The notes under the pieces: model-generated
Told to the model about the DNA's origin: nothing
Seen by the model: the letters and a program-made list of their open reading frames with translations, nothing else
The model's database searches: none
Shown: piece after piece, positions 10,441-20,473 of the stretch
Position numbering within the stretch: the stretch's first letter is position 1
Layout of the letters: every line of letters begins with the position of its first letter
Assembly (NCBI GenBank): GCA_963771075.1
Contig: CAVYSE010000003.1
Span: 352,001-416,000, forward strand
Direction: 5' to 3'
Length of the DNA: 64,000 nt
Source: a candidate division FCPU426 bacterium
Lineage (GTDB): Bacteria > Oederibacteriota > Muellerivitia > Muellerivitales > Muellerivitaceae
Translations under genes and position numbers: made by a program

Positions 10441-10533
10441 CCCTCTCCCCTTGAGGGAGAGGGCCAGGGTGAGGGGTACCGTAGCCAATAAGCCCCCCCT
10501 CATCCCATCCTTCTCCCTCAAGGGGAGAAGGGG
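10441..10533. repeat. REP-like GC-rich palindrome pair (CCCTCTCCC...GGGAGAGGG family)
   Basis: ccctctccccttgagggagagggccagggtgagggg followed by an inverted relative. Confidence 0.65.
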
Positions 10534-10563
10534 AAAATAACATAAACCAAATTCGAGGTTCCG

Positions 10564-11349
10564 ATGGATGGTGAATTAAAAATCTACTGGGCGACGTTCA
10601 AGGCTTCCCTCCAGGCAAAACTGGAGTACAAGCTGGATTTTTTCCTGGGTATCCTGACCTCCACCATGCTGCAACTGGCGGCCCTGGGATTCTTGTGGGT
10701 GGTCTTCCACCAAGCCTCCACCCTCCAGGGATGGACCCAGCCCCAGGTGGTCTTTTTGTTCGGCCTGACGGCCATGGGCTTGGGCGGTTCGGAACTTTTC
10801 TTCAACCATATATGGATGGTGCCCTACTACGTGGTCATGGGCGACCTGGACCGCTTGATGGTTTATCCGGTGAGATCCCTTCCCTTTTTGCTCATCTCCC
10901 GGCCCGAGCTGCATTCCTTCGGGAACCTCGCCACCGGCGCCATCCTGGCCGGATGGTCGCTTTGGAAAATGCAGATGCCCTGGACCGACTGGCTGTGGGT
11001 GCCGGTTTGGGCCTTGAGCGGTTCCGTCATCTACACCGCCTGCCTGGTGACCTTTACCAGCCTTTCCTTCCGGTTTGTGGGACCCTACAGTTATACCCTG
11101 ATGATTCCCCACACCCTGCTTCAAGCGAGTCGATATCCCCTCAGTATTTACCCGACCTGGGTTCATTTTATTCTCTTGTTTCTGGTTCCTTATGGGACCT
11201 TTAACTTTCTGCCTGGAAGTTGGGTGGTGGGAAAATTGGCGTCTCCCCTATTCGCCCTCTTGGCCCCGGGCGTCGCCATCCTTTGCGCCTTCATCGCCCA
11301 GGCGGCTTGGGAAAAGGGTCTGCGCCAGTACCAAAGCACCGGTTCCTGA
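10564..11349 (+). CDS. ABC-2 type permease (second subunit)
   Basis: GDLDR...PV, YPLSIYP, C-terminal GLRQYQSTGS. Confidence 0.88.
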   Translation: MDGELKIYWATFKASLQAKLEYKLDFFLGILTSTMLQLAALGFLWVVFHQASTLQGWTQPQVVFLFGLTAMGLGGSELFFNHIWMVPYYVVMGDLDRLMVYPVRSLPFLLISRPELHSFGNLATGAILAGWSLWKMQMPWTDWLWVPVWALSGSVIYTACLVTFTSLSFRFVGPYSYTLMIPHTLLQASRYPLSIYPTWVHFILLFLVPYGTFNFLPGSWVVGKLASPLFALLAPGVAILCAFIAQAAWEKGLRQYQSTGS

Positions 11350-11558
11350 GCTAAAAGCCGCCTATTGCTTCCCCCAAATAAAAATACGCCTGGGAAAGAT
11401 CCCAGGCGTATTTCCTTCAGACTACTGGCCCATAGGACGGCTTTGTAATATCGAAGGGGAGGGACGAACCCTTGCCCTTCTACCTTCTAGACGGGATGGG
11501 GACCTTTTTATTCCAAAAATTTATTATTTTTCTGCAGAACCCTTGTTTAACTTTAAAC

Positions 11559-12836
11559 TTATTTGTTTTTTCCCAACCAATCCCTGAGTTGTTTGTTGCT
11601 TGGGTCCAAATCCAGGTATTTCTGATAGGCGTCAATGGATTGTTTATAAGACAGGTTCGCCAGATGGGTCCACCCAGGTTTGTAGTTGGGGTCCAATTGA
11701 GTGGCCCGGGAATAGAGGTTCAACGCTTCCAAAACCAACCCGGCACTTTCCTTGATTTCCCCCTGGGCGACCAGGTCGGCCGCGGAGGAGTCGTCTCCCG
11801 CGACATTAAATTTCAAGAGGATGGGCTTGGGAGGCGCGAGGGTTCCGGTCGGAAGTTTTTTCACCGGATTTCCTACGATTCCCGAATCCCCATGTTGATG
11901 GGTGACCTCCGGCCCCGGGCCCAGGTCAAAACAAATGGAGATCTGCTGGGTGCTTCCCAAGTCCCCCTTAAAGTTAAAGCAATAATCCAGCTCCAGGATA
12001 TCGACGACAAACCCTACGCCCATGCTCAGTCCGTTCACGCCGCCCAGCGCGTTATCCGGGAAATCGCAACCGTACCCTGCCCGGAAAAAATATTGTTGCT
12101 CGTTGGCGTATTCCAAACCGAACCGAATGCCGGTTCTTCCCTGGAACGGGAAAACACCGTCCAGGTCCAGGAGGAGACGATTTTCCCCCTTCGCGTCAAA
12201 ATCGATCGGGCTGGCCGCCCCCAATCGAATTTCCTGGGGCAGGTTTTCCCCCGTGGTTTCCACTCCCAGGTTTTGAAGATCCGCCCCCAAACGCAGGAAA
12301 GGGCGCGGCAAGTAAAGGACACCCAGGTCACAAGCCATCCCCGTGGCCATGTGTCCCGCGATATTTTGTTGGAACCATTGGACCCGGGCACCGCCGATCC
12401 AATCCTCGGACAAATTGAATCCCAGGCCGCCCCCTAAGTCGTACTCCAACGGCGTGAAATTCCCGGTTAAATTGCCCGAATCGTCCCTTTGGTCAAAGGT
12501 CCCATAGTTCAAATAACCCAGCTGGACCGCCAGGGTGCCGAGGGTAGGAACCGCCAGGGACCCCGTCGCGTCCTCGAAAAAGCCATCCGCCAGGTAGCTG
12601 GTATGGTTCAGTGAAACCGATTGGCGGTTCCATAGATAGAGCCCAGCGGGGTTGTATTGAAGCGCGGAGAGATCGTCCGCGGCGGCCGTAAAGGCGTCTC
12701 CCATCGCTTGGGCCCGCGCGGATTGTCCCAGGGCAAGCACGGGGAAGGCGGAGGTGGTGGCCGCCCAGGCGGCGGGGGAAATGAGGAAGAGTGAACCCAA
12801 AAGGGCCCTTTTCAGGTGGCCGCCCTTACTTTTCAT
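11559..12836 (-). CDS. PorV/PorQ-family outer-membrane barrel with C-terminal TPR-like tail
   Basis: SARAQAMGDAFTAAADDLSALQYNPAGL N-terminal motif; beta-strand pattern. Confidence 0.8.
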   Translation of the reverse strand: MKSKGGHLKRALLGSLFLISPAAWAATTSAFPVLALGQSARAQAMGDAFTAAADDLSALQYNPAGLYLWNRQSVSLNHTSYLADGFFEDATGSLAVPTLGTLAVQLGYLNYGTFDQRDDSGNLTGNFTPLEYDLGGGLGFNLSEDWIGGARVQWFQQNIAGHMATGMACDLGVLYLPRPFLRLGADLQNLGVETTGENLPQEIRLGAASPIDFDAKGENRLLLDLDGVFPFQGRTGIRFGLEYANEQQYFFRAGYGCDFPDNALGGVNGLSMGVGFVVDILELDYCFNFKGDLGSTQQISICFDLGPGPEVTHQHGDSGIVGNPVKKLPTGTLAPPKPILLKFNVAGDDSSAADLVAQGEIKESAGLVLEALNLYSRATQLDPNYKPGWTHLANLSYKQSIDAYQKYLDLDPSNKQLRDWLGKNK

Positions 12837-14359
12837 GGCGATCTCACGACCGCGAATTTATGCGTGGAAGAGGTTTGTTTTCCACTCGGCCCGTTGGTGT
12901 CCACCAGGTAATAATAAATCCCATGGGCATAACCGGTCAGATCGAGGGGGTAATGGTTGACCCCCGCGTTCCCCGTGATGGCTATGTTTTGCACCAGCCG
13001 GGCGGCCGCGTCATAGATCCTTAGGTTCCCAGTCCCGTTCTCGCATAACTCGATCATGATCGTCAGGCTGTTGCCCGGGGCCGGATCGGGATAGGCATAG
13101 GTGTCGATCATTTGGCCGCAGGGAACGAAGGTGGGGGTGATCGTGGCCGTGGGGGTGGGCGACCGGGTGATGGAGGGCGTGGCCGTGGGATAGGGCGTGG
13201 GCGACCGGGTCGGGGTCAGGGACGGCGTCGGGGTTGGAGTCACCGAGGGGGTCGCGGTAAATGTCGGAGTGCACATAGGTCCGAAATTCCATACCTTCGC
13301 ATTGATGTAATCCACCACATAAAGGTTTCCCGAGGGGTCAAAGGCGAGGGATTGGAGGGTGAAGCCTGGAGTCATGCTCGCGGCGGGCGTCGCGACCGCC
13401 GGGACCGCCAGGATGTCGCCGGTCGCCGCGGAAACTTCCTTGACGGCGTAATTCCCGTTATCGGTGAAATAAAGGTTTCCCCCGCAGCCGATAGCCATGG
13501 CCCCGTAGAAAAAATTTAATGCGGAGAGGGTCGCCGGTACGTTGTTGCCGGAAGGACCCATGGTTCCATTGCCTGCGAAAGTCGTCAAGGCCCCCGTCGT
13601 GGCCGAAACCTCATTGATGACGTTATTCATCCAATCGGAAATATAAAGGTTGTTCTGGCCGTCCAAGGCGACCATCAAGGGTTCGTTCAGCTCCCCGAGG
13701 GTCGCGGTCCCGTTATCCATATACCCCGTGACGCCGTTTCCGGCCACAGTGGTGATCAGGTTGGCGGCAAAATCCACCCGTCGGATGACGTTATTTTCCG
13801 TGTCGGCGATGTAAAGCCGGTCCAAGGTATCGAATCGAACGCCAATCGGGTAATTCAATTCCGCATGAAGAGGATCCCCGCCGTCGCCCGTGAAGCCGTA
13901 CTCCTCATACTGGCCGACCACCGTGGTCAGCAGGCCGGTCAAGGCGTCCACCTTTCGTATCACATCGTTGTTGTAATCGGCGACGTAAAGGTTGTCGTGG
14001 GAGTCAAAACACAGCGCGGCTGGATAATTGAAGGCGCCAGAGGTCGCGGGGCAGTTGTCGGTATAGGCCACCAGGGAAACGGTTCCGGCGTAAACGGTGA
14101 TGATCCCGGTGGACGCGTTGACCCGCCGAATGGTGTTGCTGAACGCGTCGGCGATGTAAAGGTTGCCCTTCGAGTCAAAGGCGATGTCATTGGGTTCCCC
14201 AATGTCGGCAAGGGTGGCGGGGCCATTGTTTCCCGAATAACCGGACGTCCCAGTTCCGGCAACCAAGGTAACGGCCCGGCTTTGGATAGGGTTCAGAAGA
14301 AAAATAAACAAAGCCAATCTCGACAGTGAACCGAACACCCTGATCCATCGCACGGACAT
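12833..14359 (-). CDS. Secreted NHL-repeat protein with Thr-Pro linker and T9SS-CTD-like C-terminus
   Basis: Repeated FD..NLYIAD..N..IR; TPT repeats; YAYPDP...IYD..A.LV...GIYYY...KFAVVR. Confidence 0.85.
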   Translation of the reverse strand: MSVRWIRVFGSLSRLALFIFLLNPIQSRAVTLVAGTGTSGYSGNNGPATLADIGEPNDIAFDSKGNLYIADAFSNTIRRVNASTGIITVYAGTVSLVAYTDNCPATSGAFNYPAALCFDSHDNLYVADYNNDVIRKVDALTGLLTTVVGQYEEYGFTGDGGDPLHAELNYPIGVRFDTLDRLYIADTENNVIRRVDFAANLITTVAGNGVTGYMDNGTATLGELNEPLMVALDGQNNLYISDWMNNVINEVSATTGALTTFAGNGTMGPSGNNVPATLSALNFFYGAMAIGCGGNLYFTDNGNYAVKEVSAATGDILAVPAVATPAASMTPGFTLQSLAFDPSGNLYVVDYINAKVWNFGPMCTPTFTATPSVTPTPTPSLTPTRSPTPYPTATPSITRSPTPTATITPTFVPCGQMIDTYAYPDPAPGNSLTIMIELCENGTGNLRIYDAAARLVQNIAITGNAGVNHYPLDLTGYAHGIYYYLVDTNGPSGKQTSSTHKFAVVRSP

Positions 14360-14541
14360 TGGGACTTCCTGGGCTCTAAATATGGATGCAAATCCTAGTT
14401 CTAAAAAAAGAGAAGACGATTTTACCTATTTTTCACCAATGTCGGAACCGGGATAAATGGCAAGACAATCATCGCCGGGATGGAAAAATACTCACGCATT
14501 GAGTTAAGCGGACCCAATCTCAAATGGTCGCGCAAGGGGCT

Positions 14542-15309
14542 TCAGGGGGCTTGCTGAAGATGCACGGTGGTGGATTGGGTTTTCCCCGCGGAAAGCAAAG
14601 TGACCTGGTAATTCCCCGGCGAGAGCTCCCGGCCCTGATCATCCTTCCCATCCCAGTCAAGGGTGTGATCCCCGGCTTTCCACACCCCTTTGTAGAGCGC
14701 TCTCACCGGCATGCCGTTGGAATCCAAAATTTTGATTAGAACGGGCTGGGTCTTTTCCACATGAACGGCCATGCGGATAAAGTTGCCTTCCTCGGCCAAA
14801 CCCGTCGATTTCCTGGGTTCGGGCGTAAGCTGGCTTTCACGGGAAGGCTTGTTCAGGGAAGAAACCGGCCCGGCCGAAACGACGGGAGTTTTTTTGCGGA
14901 AGGACTGCGCGGCGGGCTCGTCCTGCAAAACAACCAGTGAAAGAGGCTCTTCTTTTGAGGAGTTCGCCCCCACCGAGATGGAAGGGTTGGATAAAAGCGT
15001 CCATAAACTGTAGCCCATTGCGCCAAAAGCAGCCAAGACCAATAAAATTTTCCAAGCGAGTTGAAGGTAAAGGTTCCAGGGGCGGGGTTGGGCGGAACGC
15101 CAAATATCCGCCATTTTCGGCTCAAGGCGGGCGGCCATGGCTTCCACTTGGGAATCGGGCAAGGTTCCCAATTTCTCCGCGAGGGACTCCGTGACCTTTT
15201 CGGCAAAAAGCGGGTCTTGACGGACCAACTTGTCAAATTCCGATTGGGCCTCGGGGGTCAGGTTCCCATCCAGGAAAATTTTCAGTAATATTTCGGGTTG
15301 GAATTTCAC
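14542..15309 (-). CDS. Putative anti-sigma factor: TM helix plus FlgD-Ig-like C-terminal domain
   Basis: Overlaps ECF sigma stop; WDGKDDQG...PGNY motif. Confidence 0.7.
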   Translation of the reverse strand: MKFQPEILLKIFLDGNLTPEAQSEFDKLVRQDPLFAEKVTESLAEKLGTLPDSQVEAMAARLEPKMADIWRSAQPRPWNLYLQLAWKILLVLAAFGAMGYSLWTLLSNPSISVGANSSKEEPLSLVVLQDEPAAQSFRKKTPVVSAGPVSSLNKPSRESQLTPEPRKSTGLAEEGNFIRMAVHVEKTQPVLIKILDSNGMPVRALYKGVWKAGDHTLDWDGKDDQGRELSPGNYQVTLLSAGKTQSTTVHLQQAP

Positions 15310-15920
15310 GACGTCATTTCCTCTTTTAGTTCGGGAATTCTCGCCCGAACCTTTTCAATCAGACGCTGGCGAGCCCGGTATATACCCGAAGTGACGCTCC
15401 CCACGGGAATTTTAAGCCGACTGGCGATGGCCTCGTAGGAAAGTTTTTCGATCTCCCGAAGGGTCATCAGTTCCCTTTCCCGCCCCTCCAACCCCTCGAT
15501 TTCCTGGTGAACCAGCTTGAGGGCCGCCTCAGGGTAGGCTTGCGGCTGTACTCTAGACGGGAGTCCGGCAAAATAATCCACGTCCATAGGCATGATTTTT
15601 TTCTTTTTTTCGAGCCAATCCCGGCACAGATTGACCGCAATATGGTTCAGCCAGGTCCCCAAGGAGCATTCAAACCTGAAACGGGATAGGTTTTTAAGGG
15701 CTTTTATAAAGGTTTCCTGGACCATATCTTCCACGTCCGAATCGTTCCCCAGGAAATACCAGCAGGCCCGAATCAGGGCTTTTTGATGGGTTTTATAGAG
15801 TTCTTGAAAGGCCGCTTCATCCCCGGCAAGGATTCGGGAGACCAGTTCTTTGTCGCTGAGACCCAAGCAATTCCTCGCAATAAATAAGGTTCTTTGAGAA
15901 TAATCCTTCAAGACGGACAA
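15306..15920 (-). CDS. ECF RNA polymerase sigma factor
   Basis: GDEAAFQELY, EDMVQETF, TWL..IAVN, LSYE.IA..L.IPVGSV.S.IYRAR. Confidence 0.92.
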   Translation of the reverse strand: MSVLKDYSQRTLFIARNCLGLSDKELVSRILAGDEAAFQELYKTHQKALIRACWYFLGNDSDVEDMVQETFIKALKNLSRFRFECSLGTWLNHIAVNLCRDWLEKKKKIMPMDVDYFAGLPSRVQPQAYPEAALKLVHQEIEGLEGRERELMTLREIEKLSYEAIASRLKIPVGSVTSGIYRARQRLIEKVRARIPELKEEMTS

Positions 15921-16166
15921 AATTATAGCGGAGGGGTGAATATTTGAGGGTTAAAAGAAGCTATTTAATAAGCAATAATCAAATTTCCACCCCAGGGGCA
16001 CGGAGACCCATGCCGCATTTCAATAATACAAGGGTACATTGTAGCGATTTTTCTGGCCGGTAATTAAGTGTCATATTTATTTGGTTTGGGACCAACCCAC
16101 GTCAAACAATTGGGAAAACTTTAAAGGATTCGTCGTAATCCTGTATTCAGCCGTATTGGCAGAAAT

Positions 16167-16196
16167 AAAAAAGGCCCGGTAATGAACCGAGCCTTT
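16167..16196 (-). terminator. Probable rho-independent terminator after the SET gene
   Basis: aaaaaa-ggcccggt-aatga-accgagcc-ttt hairpin. Confidence 0.55.
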
Positions 16197-16219
16197 GGCC
16201 GTATAAACGGGCTATTTAA

Positions 16220-16726
16220 TCAAGAACCGATGGCAACCTTGATCTTTTCCCTGAATTTCGGCCCAATTTGGACAACCCCGGCGCAATTGGGCGAGCCGCA
16301 CTGGCATTTGAATTCGTAGGTCCAATCTCCCACGTTATCGGTAATGCGGTAATCCCAACTGATCTCCGATCCAGCGGAAATTTCACGGCAAGCCACCAAA
16401 ACGATTCCATTGACCACCTTTGCGCTCGGATCGCAGGAGTGGTTCACAAAACAAAGGGGGTCACAACCGTTAATGTAATCATGAAGCATGATGAAACCCG
16501 GGTAGATATACATGGCATGGTCAACGTTCAGCTTTTCCGCAGGCACCTTCTTTTGAAGCTCATCCAATTCCAACTCAGGAACCACGATCCCACCGAAAAC
16601 ACCAATGACTTCGCCCACTTGGATTTTTCGAACCGAATAGACTCCGTGTCCTTCCATACCGCTTTTGCGAACCTCAACCGCGTCACTGACCCAAGGCGTA
16701 ATTTTCATTGGTTTTTGTAAAACCAT
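16220..16726 (-). CDS. SET-domain protein with post-SET motif
   Basis: G.GVYS, FVNHSCDP, EISWDY, CQCGSPNC. Confidence 0.9.
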   Translation of the reverse strand: MVLQKPMKITPWVSDAVEVRKSGMEGHGVYSVRKIQVGEVIGVFGGIVVPELELDELQKKVPAEKLNVDHAMYIYPGFIMLHDYINGCDPLCFVNHSCDPSAKVVNGIVLVACREISAGSEISWDYRITDNVGDWTYEFKCQCGSPNCAGVVQIGPKFREKIKVAIGS

Positions 16727-16881
16727 CCTTTTACCAGATTACTTCCCTTTGCTTGGGAAGATTGGGGGTGATTGTAACTCAAAGCCCTTGATGGTTCACG
16801 GAGAGTTTGCCCATTTTTTCGGCCGGTTTTCAGGGTTTTTGGCAGGTTGACCGGTTTATCCCCTCGTTTGTTTTCCCCGGT

Positions 16882-17349
16882 CTAAGTGTGGCAATGGCTT
16901 AATCCCCTCTTGGCAAGGTACTGTTGATGATAATCCTCAGCAATCCAGAAAGTTTCCGCCGGAACGATCTGGGTGACAATGGGGCTTTGATAGCCTTTTT
17001 TTTGGAGGTTATCTTTTGATATGCGGGCCGTTTTTTCCTGTTCCGAAGAATGAAAAAAGATGACCGACCGATATTGGGTACCGATATCTGGCCCCTGGCG
17101 GTTCAGGGAAGTGGGGTTATGGCTGTTCCAAAATACTTCCAGGAGTTTTGAATAGGAAATAACTTTCGGATCATAGGTGACCTGCACCACCTCGGCGTGT
17201 CCCGTCTCATCGGTGCAAACATCCCGATAAGTAGGATGATCCATCGTCCCACCCACATAACCAACGGCGGTGGAGACCACGCCCTTTAATTGCCGAAACG
17301 TTTCCTCGACTCCCCAAAAACAACCTGCCCCGAAAGTCGCCTTTTCCAT
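16882..17349 (-). CDS. msrA: Peptide methionine sulfoxide reductase A
   Basis: [29 protein letters not shown]. Confidence 0.96.
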   Translation of the reverse strand: MEKATFGAGCFWGVEETFRQLKGVVSTAVGYVGGTMDHPTYRDVCTDETGHAEVVQVTYDPKVISYSKLLEVFWNSHNPTSLNRQGPDIGTQYRSVIFFHSSEQEKTARISKDNLQKKGYQSPIVTQIVPAETFWIAEDYHQQYLAKRGLSHCHT

Positions 17350-17617
17350 TTTCTCCCCCTTTACCCCAACATTACCCAAAAGAGTGCCCGAAAGGTTACC
17401 GGCTTTCGGAAATTTGAATAATACTGAGACCTCTGATGAAAATTAAATGAGCGACAATCAGAGGTCTCGATCCCAAAGATTTCCGCAGGAAATCGTGGGG
17501 TAACCTTGAATGTTTTCCTGAAAAAGGCGGCACAGCCGATTTTTTCAGAGATTACATCCTAGGATTCTTGGAATGGAAAAACCAATAGGGGGGGGGCGAA
17601 AAAACGGGGAGGTCAGG

Positions 17618-18343
17618 TTAAGGCCGGTTCTCATGCCGCCAATAGGCGGCCAAATCGCCGATAAAAACCCCCGGGCCCTCCATCTTGAGGCTCTTCACCG
17701 TCACTCCCAGGGCGATCTTCTCGTGAACCAGATCGTTGGAAAGATCAAAATCGGCGTTGAGAAGAGCTGTCTTTTTAATCTCAAAATCGATCTTCATCGC
17801 GGGTTTATCCGGTTTAGGGGGGTAAGGAAAGGGGATGTTACAAGTCCTCGCCTGGTCCGCACGGGGAGGCCTGGCGGCCTTCGAAGCATCGCTGGCGGCC
17901 AGGGCCCGGTAAACAACCGCCGCGTCCGGGTATTCCAGGCTTCCCCAGATGTTCTTGATCCAATCGGGATAATGCGCGATGGGAAGTGTCCCCCAAATCA
18001 GGTCCAACGGCTGTACCTGCGTCTTCGATCCCTGGGATTCATCCTCGGCCAGGACGCCGCAAACATGAACCGCTTGTCCCAGGAAGGGCTGGACCGCGTC
18101 CAGGAAGGCCTTGGCTTGGGATTCCGGGACATGCACTTTTAATTCGAGCAAGCCGTTGGGGTTGGGTTTTCCATCTCGGTTCATTAGCCATTTTTTGTCG
18201 TCCGGCATGAAGGCGACCAGGAAATCCCCCTCGGGGAGAAGTTTGGCGGGACCCAGGAGCTTGCCCGGAACGTTCGAAAGGTACTTCCCGGTATCGACCA
18301 AGGGGCTTTTTTTTCCAAATACGTCCATCAACCCCATATTCAT
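17618..18343 (-). CDS. Hypothetical protein
   Basis: 241-aa ORF, GGAGG RBS, host-like codon usage. Confidence 0.7.
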   Translation of the reverse strand: MNMGLMDVFGKKSPLVDTGKYLSNVPGKLLGPAKLLPEGDFLVAFMPDDKKWLMNRDGKPNPNGLLELKVHVPESQAKAFLDAVQPFLGQAVHVCGVLAEDESQGSKTQVQPLDLIWGTLPIAHYPDWIKNIWGSLEYPDAAVVYRALAASDASKAARPPRADQARTCNIPFPYPPKPDKPAMKIDFEIKKTALLNADFDLSNDLVHEKIALGVTVKSLKMEGPGVFIGDLAAYWRHENRP

Positions 18344-18541
18344 GCCTCCAATTGATTTTTTCCTGGATGGAAAAATCTTAGGGTTCTATCGGTTGAAACC
18401 GGCTCCCCGCCGGTCAGCGCATGGTATTTAGCCCAAAATAAAAGAGCGAAAAACCTTTTCACCCTTTGGGGTTTTCGGGTCCCTCGCTCCTTCATCCCAT
18501 TGAATGGATATGCCCGTGCAAATTATTTCCTGATTTTAGGA

Positions 18542-19816
18542 CTAATTGCGCGCGGCCACCTCTTTTTTTGCCTCAACGGCTTTCTTTGCCTTTTCTTTTG
18601 GAACCGCGGTCACGAAGGTGCCGTATTTCTTAATTTCCTCCAGACGGCAGCTCCAGTAGAGCTTGCCCTCGTGCACCGTAATATCCGGACATCCGTCACA
18701 CATGCTCATGCGGCCATCGGCCAGGAGATCCACCGGTTGAATGATGGCGAAATTCTGCATGCAGACCTTCGAAAACCAGGCCGTTGGCGTGGTCAGAAAG
18801 CGCCAAAGGGCGCTGCGCATTTGCCTGTCCCCCCACCCCAGGAACAACAGGGTGGATTTCCCCGCGTGGAGGAGTGAAAGGGGCGCGTAAGAGAGCCAGC
18901 TTCCGAAGAACCGGTGATGAAAATTCTGGATGAACTCCATGAAACCTGGGCTGGTATAACCGAATGTCTTTTTCCGGTTGGCGATGCGGGTGGCCAAGGT
19001 CCATTTCATGTCGTCCGCTTCGATGGTGCCGTTCAAATAGGCGGCCGGTTCGTAAAGAGGATCCGTCTCGCGGATCTTAGCCACGATCTCGTGCGCCTTC
19101 AGGTTCTTTTCCCCGCCCCAAGAGGTCTTGATATAGGTTTCGTAAAGATCCACTTTCTTACCAAAGGCGTAAAAGTCGTAATTCGCGCTCATCCCGGGGG
19201 TACGGAAAAGGATGAACACCATGGTATTGATGATATCGGGGTATTTTTCGGCCCACCTTACGATTTCGGGTATCTCCTGAAGGGTCTGCTCGGATACGGT
19301 TTGGTTGAAGCCACAGACCATACCGCCTTCTTTTGCCACCATATCGGCCAATTTTTGGCGCAATTCGATATGCCCCAATTCGGTGGTCGCCTGGGAATCT
19401 TTTCGCTTTTGTGTGGTGTCGATATGGAAGGTGAAACCAAAGACTCCGGCCTTTTTCAAATCTTTGAGCATTTCAGGGGCCTGCGTCAAAGCCAAACCAT
19501 TGGTATTCATGATGGGTTTCCACCCATAACGGCGCACCATGCGCACGATGTCCAGGATTTGGGGATGAAGCAGGGGATCCCCCCCCGCGATCGAGACGCT
19601 GTCGGTTTTCCGCAGGCGCTTGATGACCTTGAACTCCTCCTCAATCTCATCCAGGGTTTTATGGGCTCCCTTGATGTTTTCGTGGTAGCAGCCCTCGCAC
19701 ATCAAATTGCACTGGGACGTCACTTCCAGCCAGAAAATACCGTTATCTGATAAGGACCAAGGCAAACGGTAATAATCCTGTGGATTTAGGGGTTTGGGTT
19801 CGGTGATTTGCATCAT
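18542..19816 (-). CDS. Radical SAM protein
   Basis: CNLMCEGC motif, GGDPLLHP, NTNG, C-terminal CDGCPD...CR. Confidence 0.9.
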   Translation of the reverse strand: MMQITEPKPLNPQDYYRLPWSLSDNGIFWLEVTSQCNLMCEGCYHENIKGAHKTLDEIEEEFKVIKRLRKTDSVSIAGGDPLLHPQILDIVRMVRRYGWKPIMNTNGLALTQAPEMLKDLKKAGVFGFTFHIDTTQKRKDSQATTELGHIELRQKLADMVAKEGGMVCGFNQTVSEQTLQEIPEIVRWAEKYPDIINTMVFILFRTPGMSANYDFYAFGKKVDLYETYIKTSWGGEKNLKAHEIVAKIRETDPLYEPAAYLNGTIEADDMKWTLATRIANRKKTFGYTSPGFMEFIQNFHHRFFGSWLSYAPLSLLHAGKSTLLFLGWGDRQMRSALWRFLTTPTAWFSKVCMQNFAIIQPVDLLADGRMSMCDGCPDITVHEGKLYWSCRLEEIKKYGTFVTAVPKEKAKKAVEAKKEVAARN

Positions 19817-19914
19817 TGTTCCTCCGGTAAAGATTGGTCTTTAATATTGACCTGTGGCGAAGGTTTATTCTCAGAGCCAAAGTCTGTCCGGGCAATCAAC
19901 CCCCAAGGTGGAAA

Positions 19915-20418
19915 ATGGAAAACCGTTATGAGGGCGTTTTTGAAAAGAGCAGTTCCAGCATCTGTATCATGAAATCGAACCAACAAGTCGTTTACCAAAA
20001 CCAAACATGCCGGAAACTTTGCGGAAATCACGGCCCCAGTCTTTGTCCTCAAAGCTGCGTGATTTCCTGCGAAAAGGTTTTGGGGCGCCGTATTCCCCGG
20101 GAGGGGATGCATTATTTTTCGAACACCAAGGTCGGCAACGAATTCTTCGACGTCTTATTCTTTCACGATTCTGGCCACCGGGTGGTGGTCCTCCATCCGC
20201 TCCAGCAAAAGTACGAAGCTTGGCTCAAACGCTTCATGAACCGGGACCTGAGCCCTCGGGAACTGGAAGTTGTCCGCTTGGGTCTTCAGGGTCTCACCAA
20301 CTCCCAAATGACCCAGAAACTGGGAATCTCCCGGGCAACCCTCAAAACCCATCTCAATAACATTTATAAAAAAGTGCCGGAGGTGCGTTCCGAAAAGTGG
20401 CGGCTGCTTAAAAACTGA
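19915..20418 (+). CDS. LuxR-type HTH regulator with Cys-containing PAS-like N-terminus
   Basis: LSPRELEV...GLTN.Q....LGIS..TLKTHLNNIYKK; divergent from the radical SAM gene. Confidence 0.85.
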   Translation: MENRYEGVFEKSSSSICIMKSNQQVVYQNQTCRKLCGNHGPSLCPQSCVISCEKVLGRRIPREGMHYFSNTKVGNEFFDVLFFHDSGHRVVVLHPLQQKYEAWLKRFMNRDLSPRELEVVRLGLQGLTNSQMTQKLGISRATLKTHLNNIYKKVPEVRSEKWRLLKN

Positions 20419-20427
20419 CTTGAAAAC

Positions 20428-20463
20428 AAAAAAGCCCGGCCCCCTCAGGGAACCGGGCTTTTT
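20428..20463. terminator. Bidirectional rho-independent terminator
   Basis: aaaaaa-gcccgg...ccgggc-ttttt between convergent genes. Confidence 0.8.
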
Positions 20464-20473
20464 CTTTCCCGAA

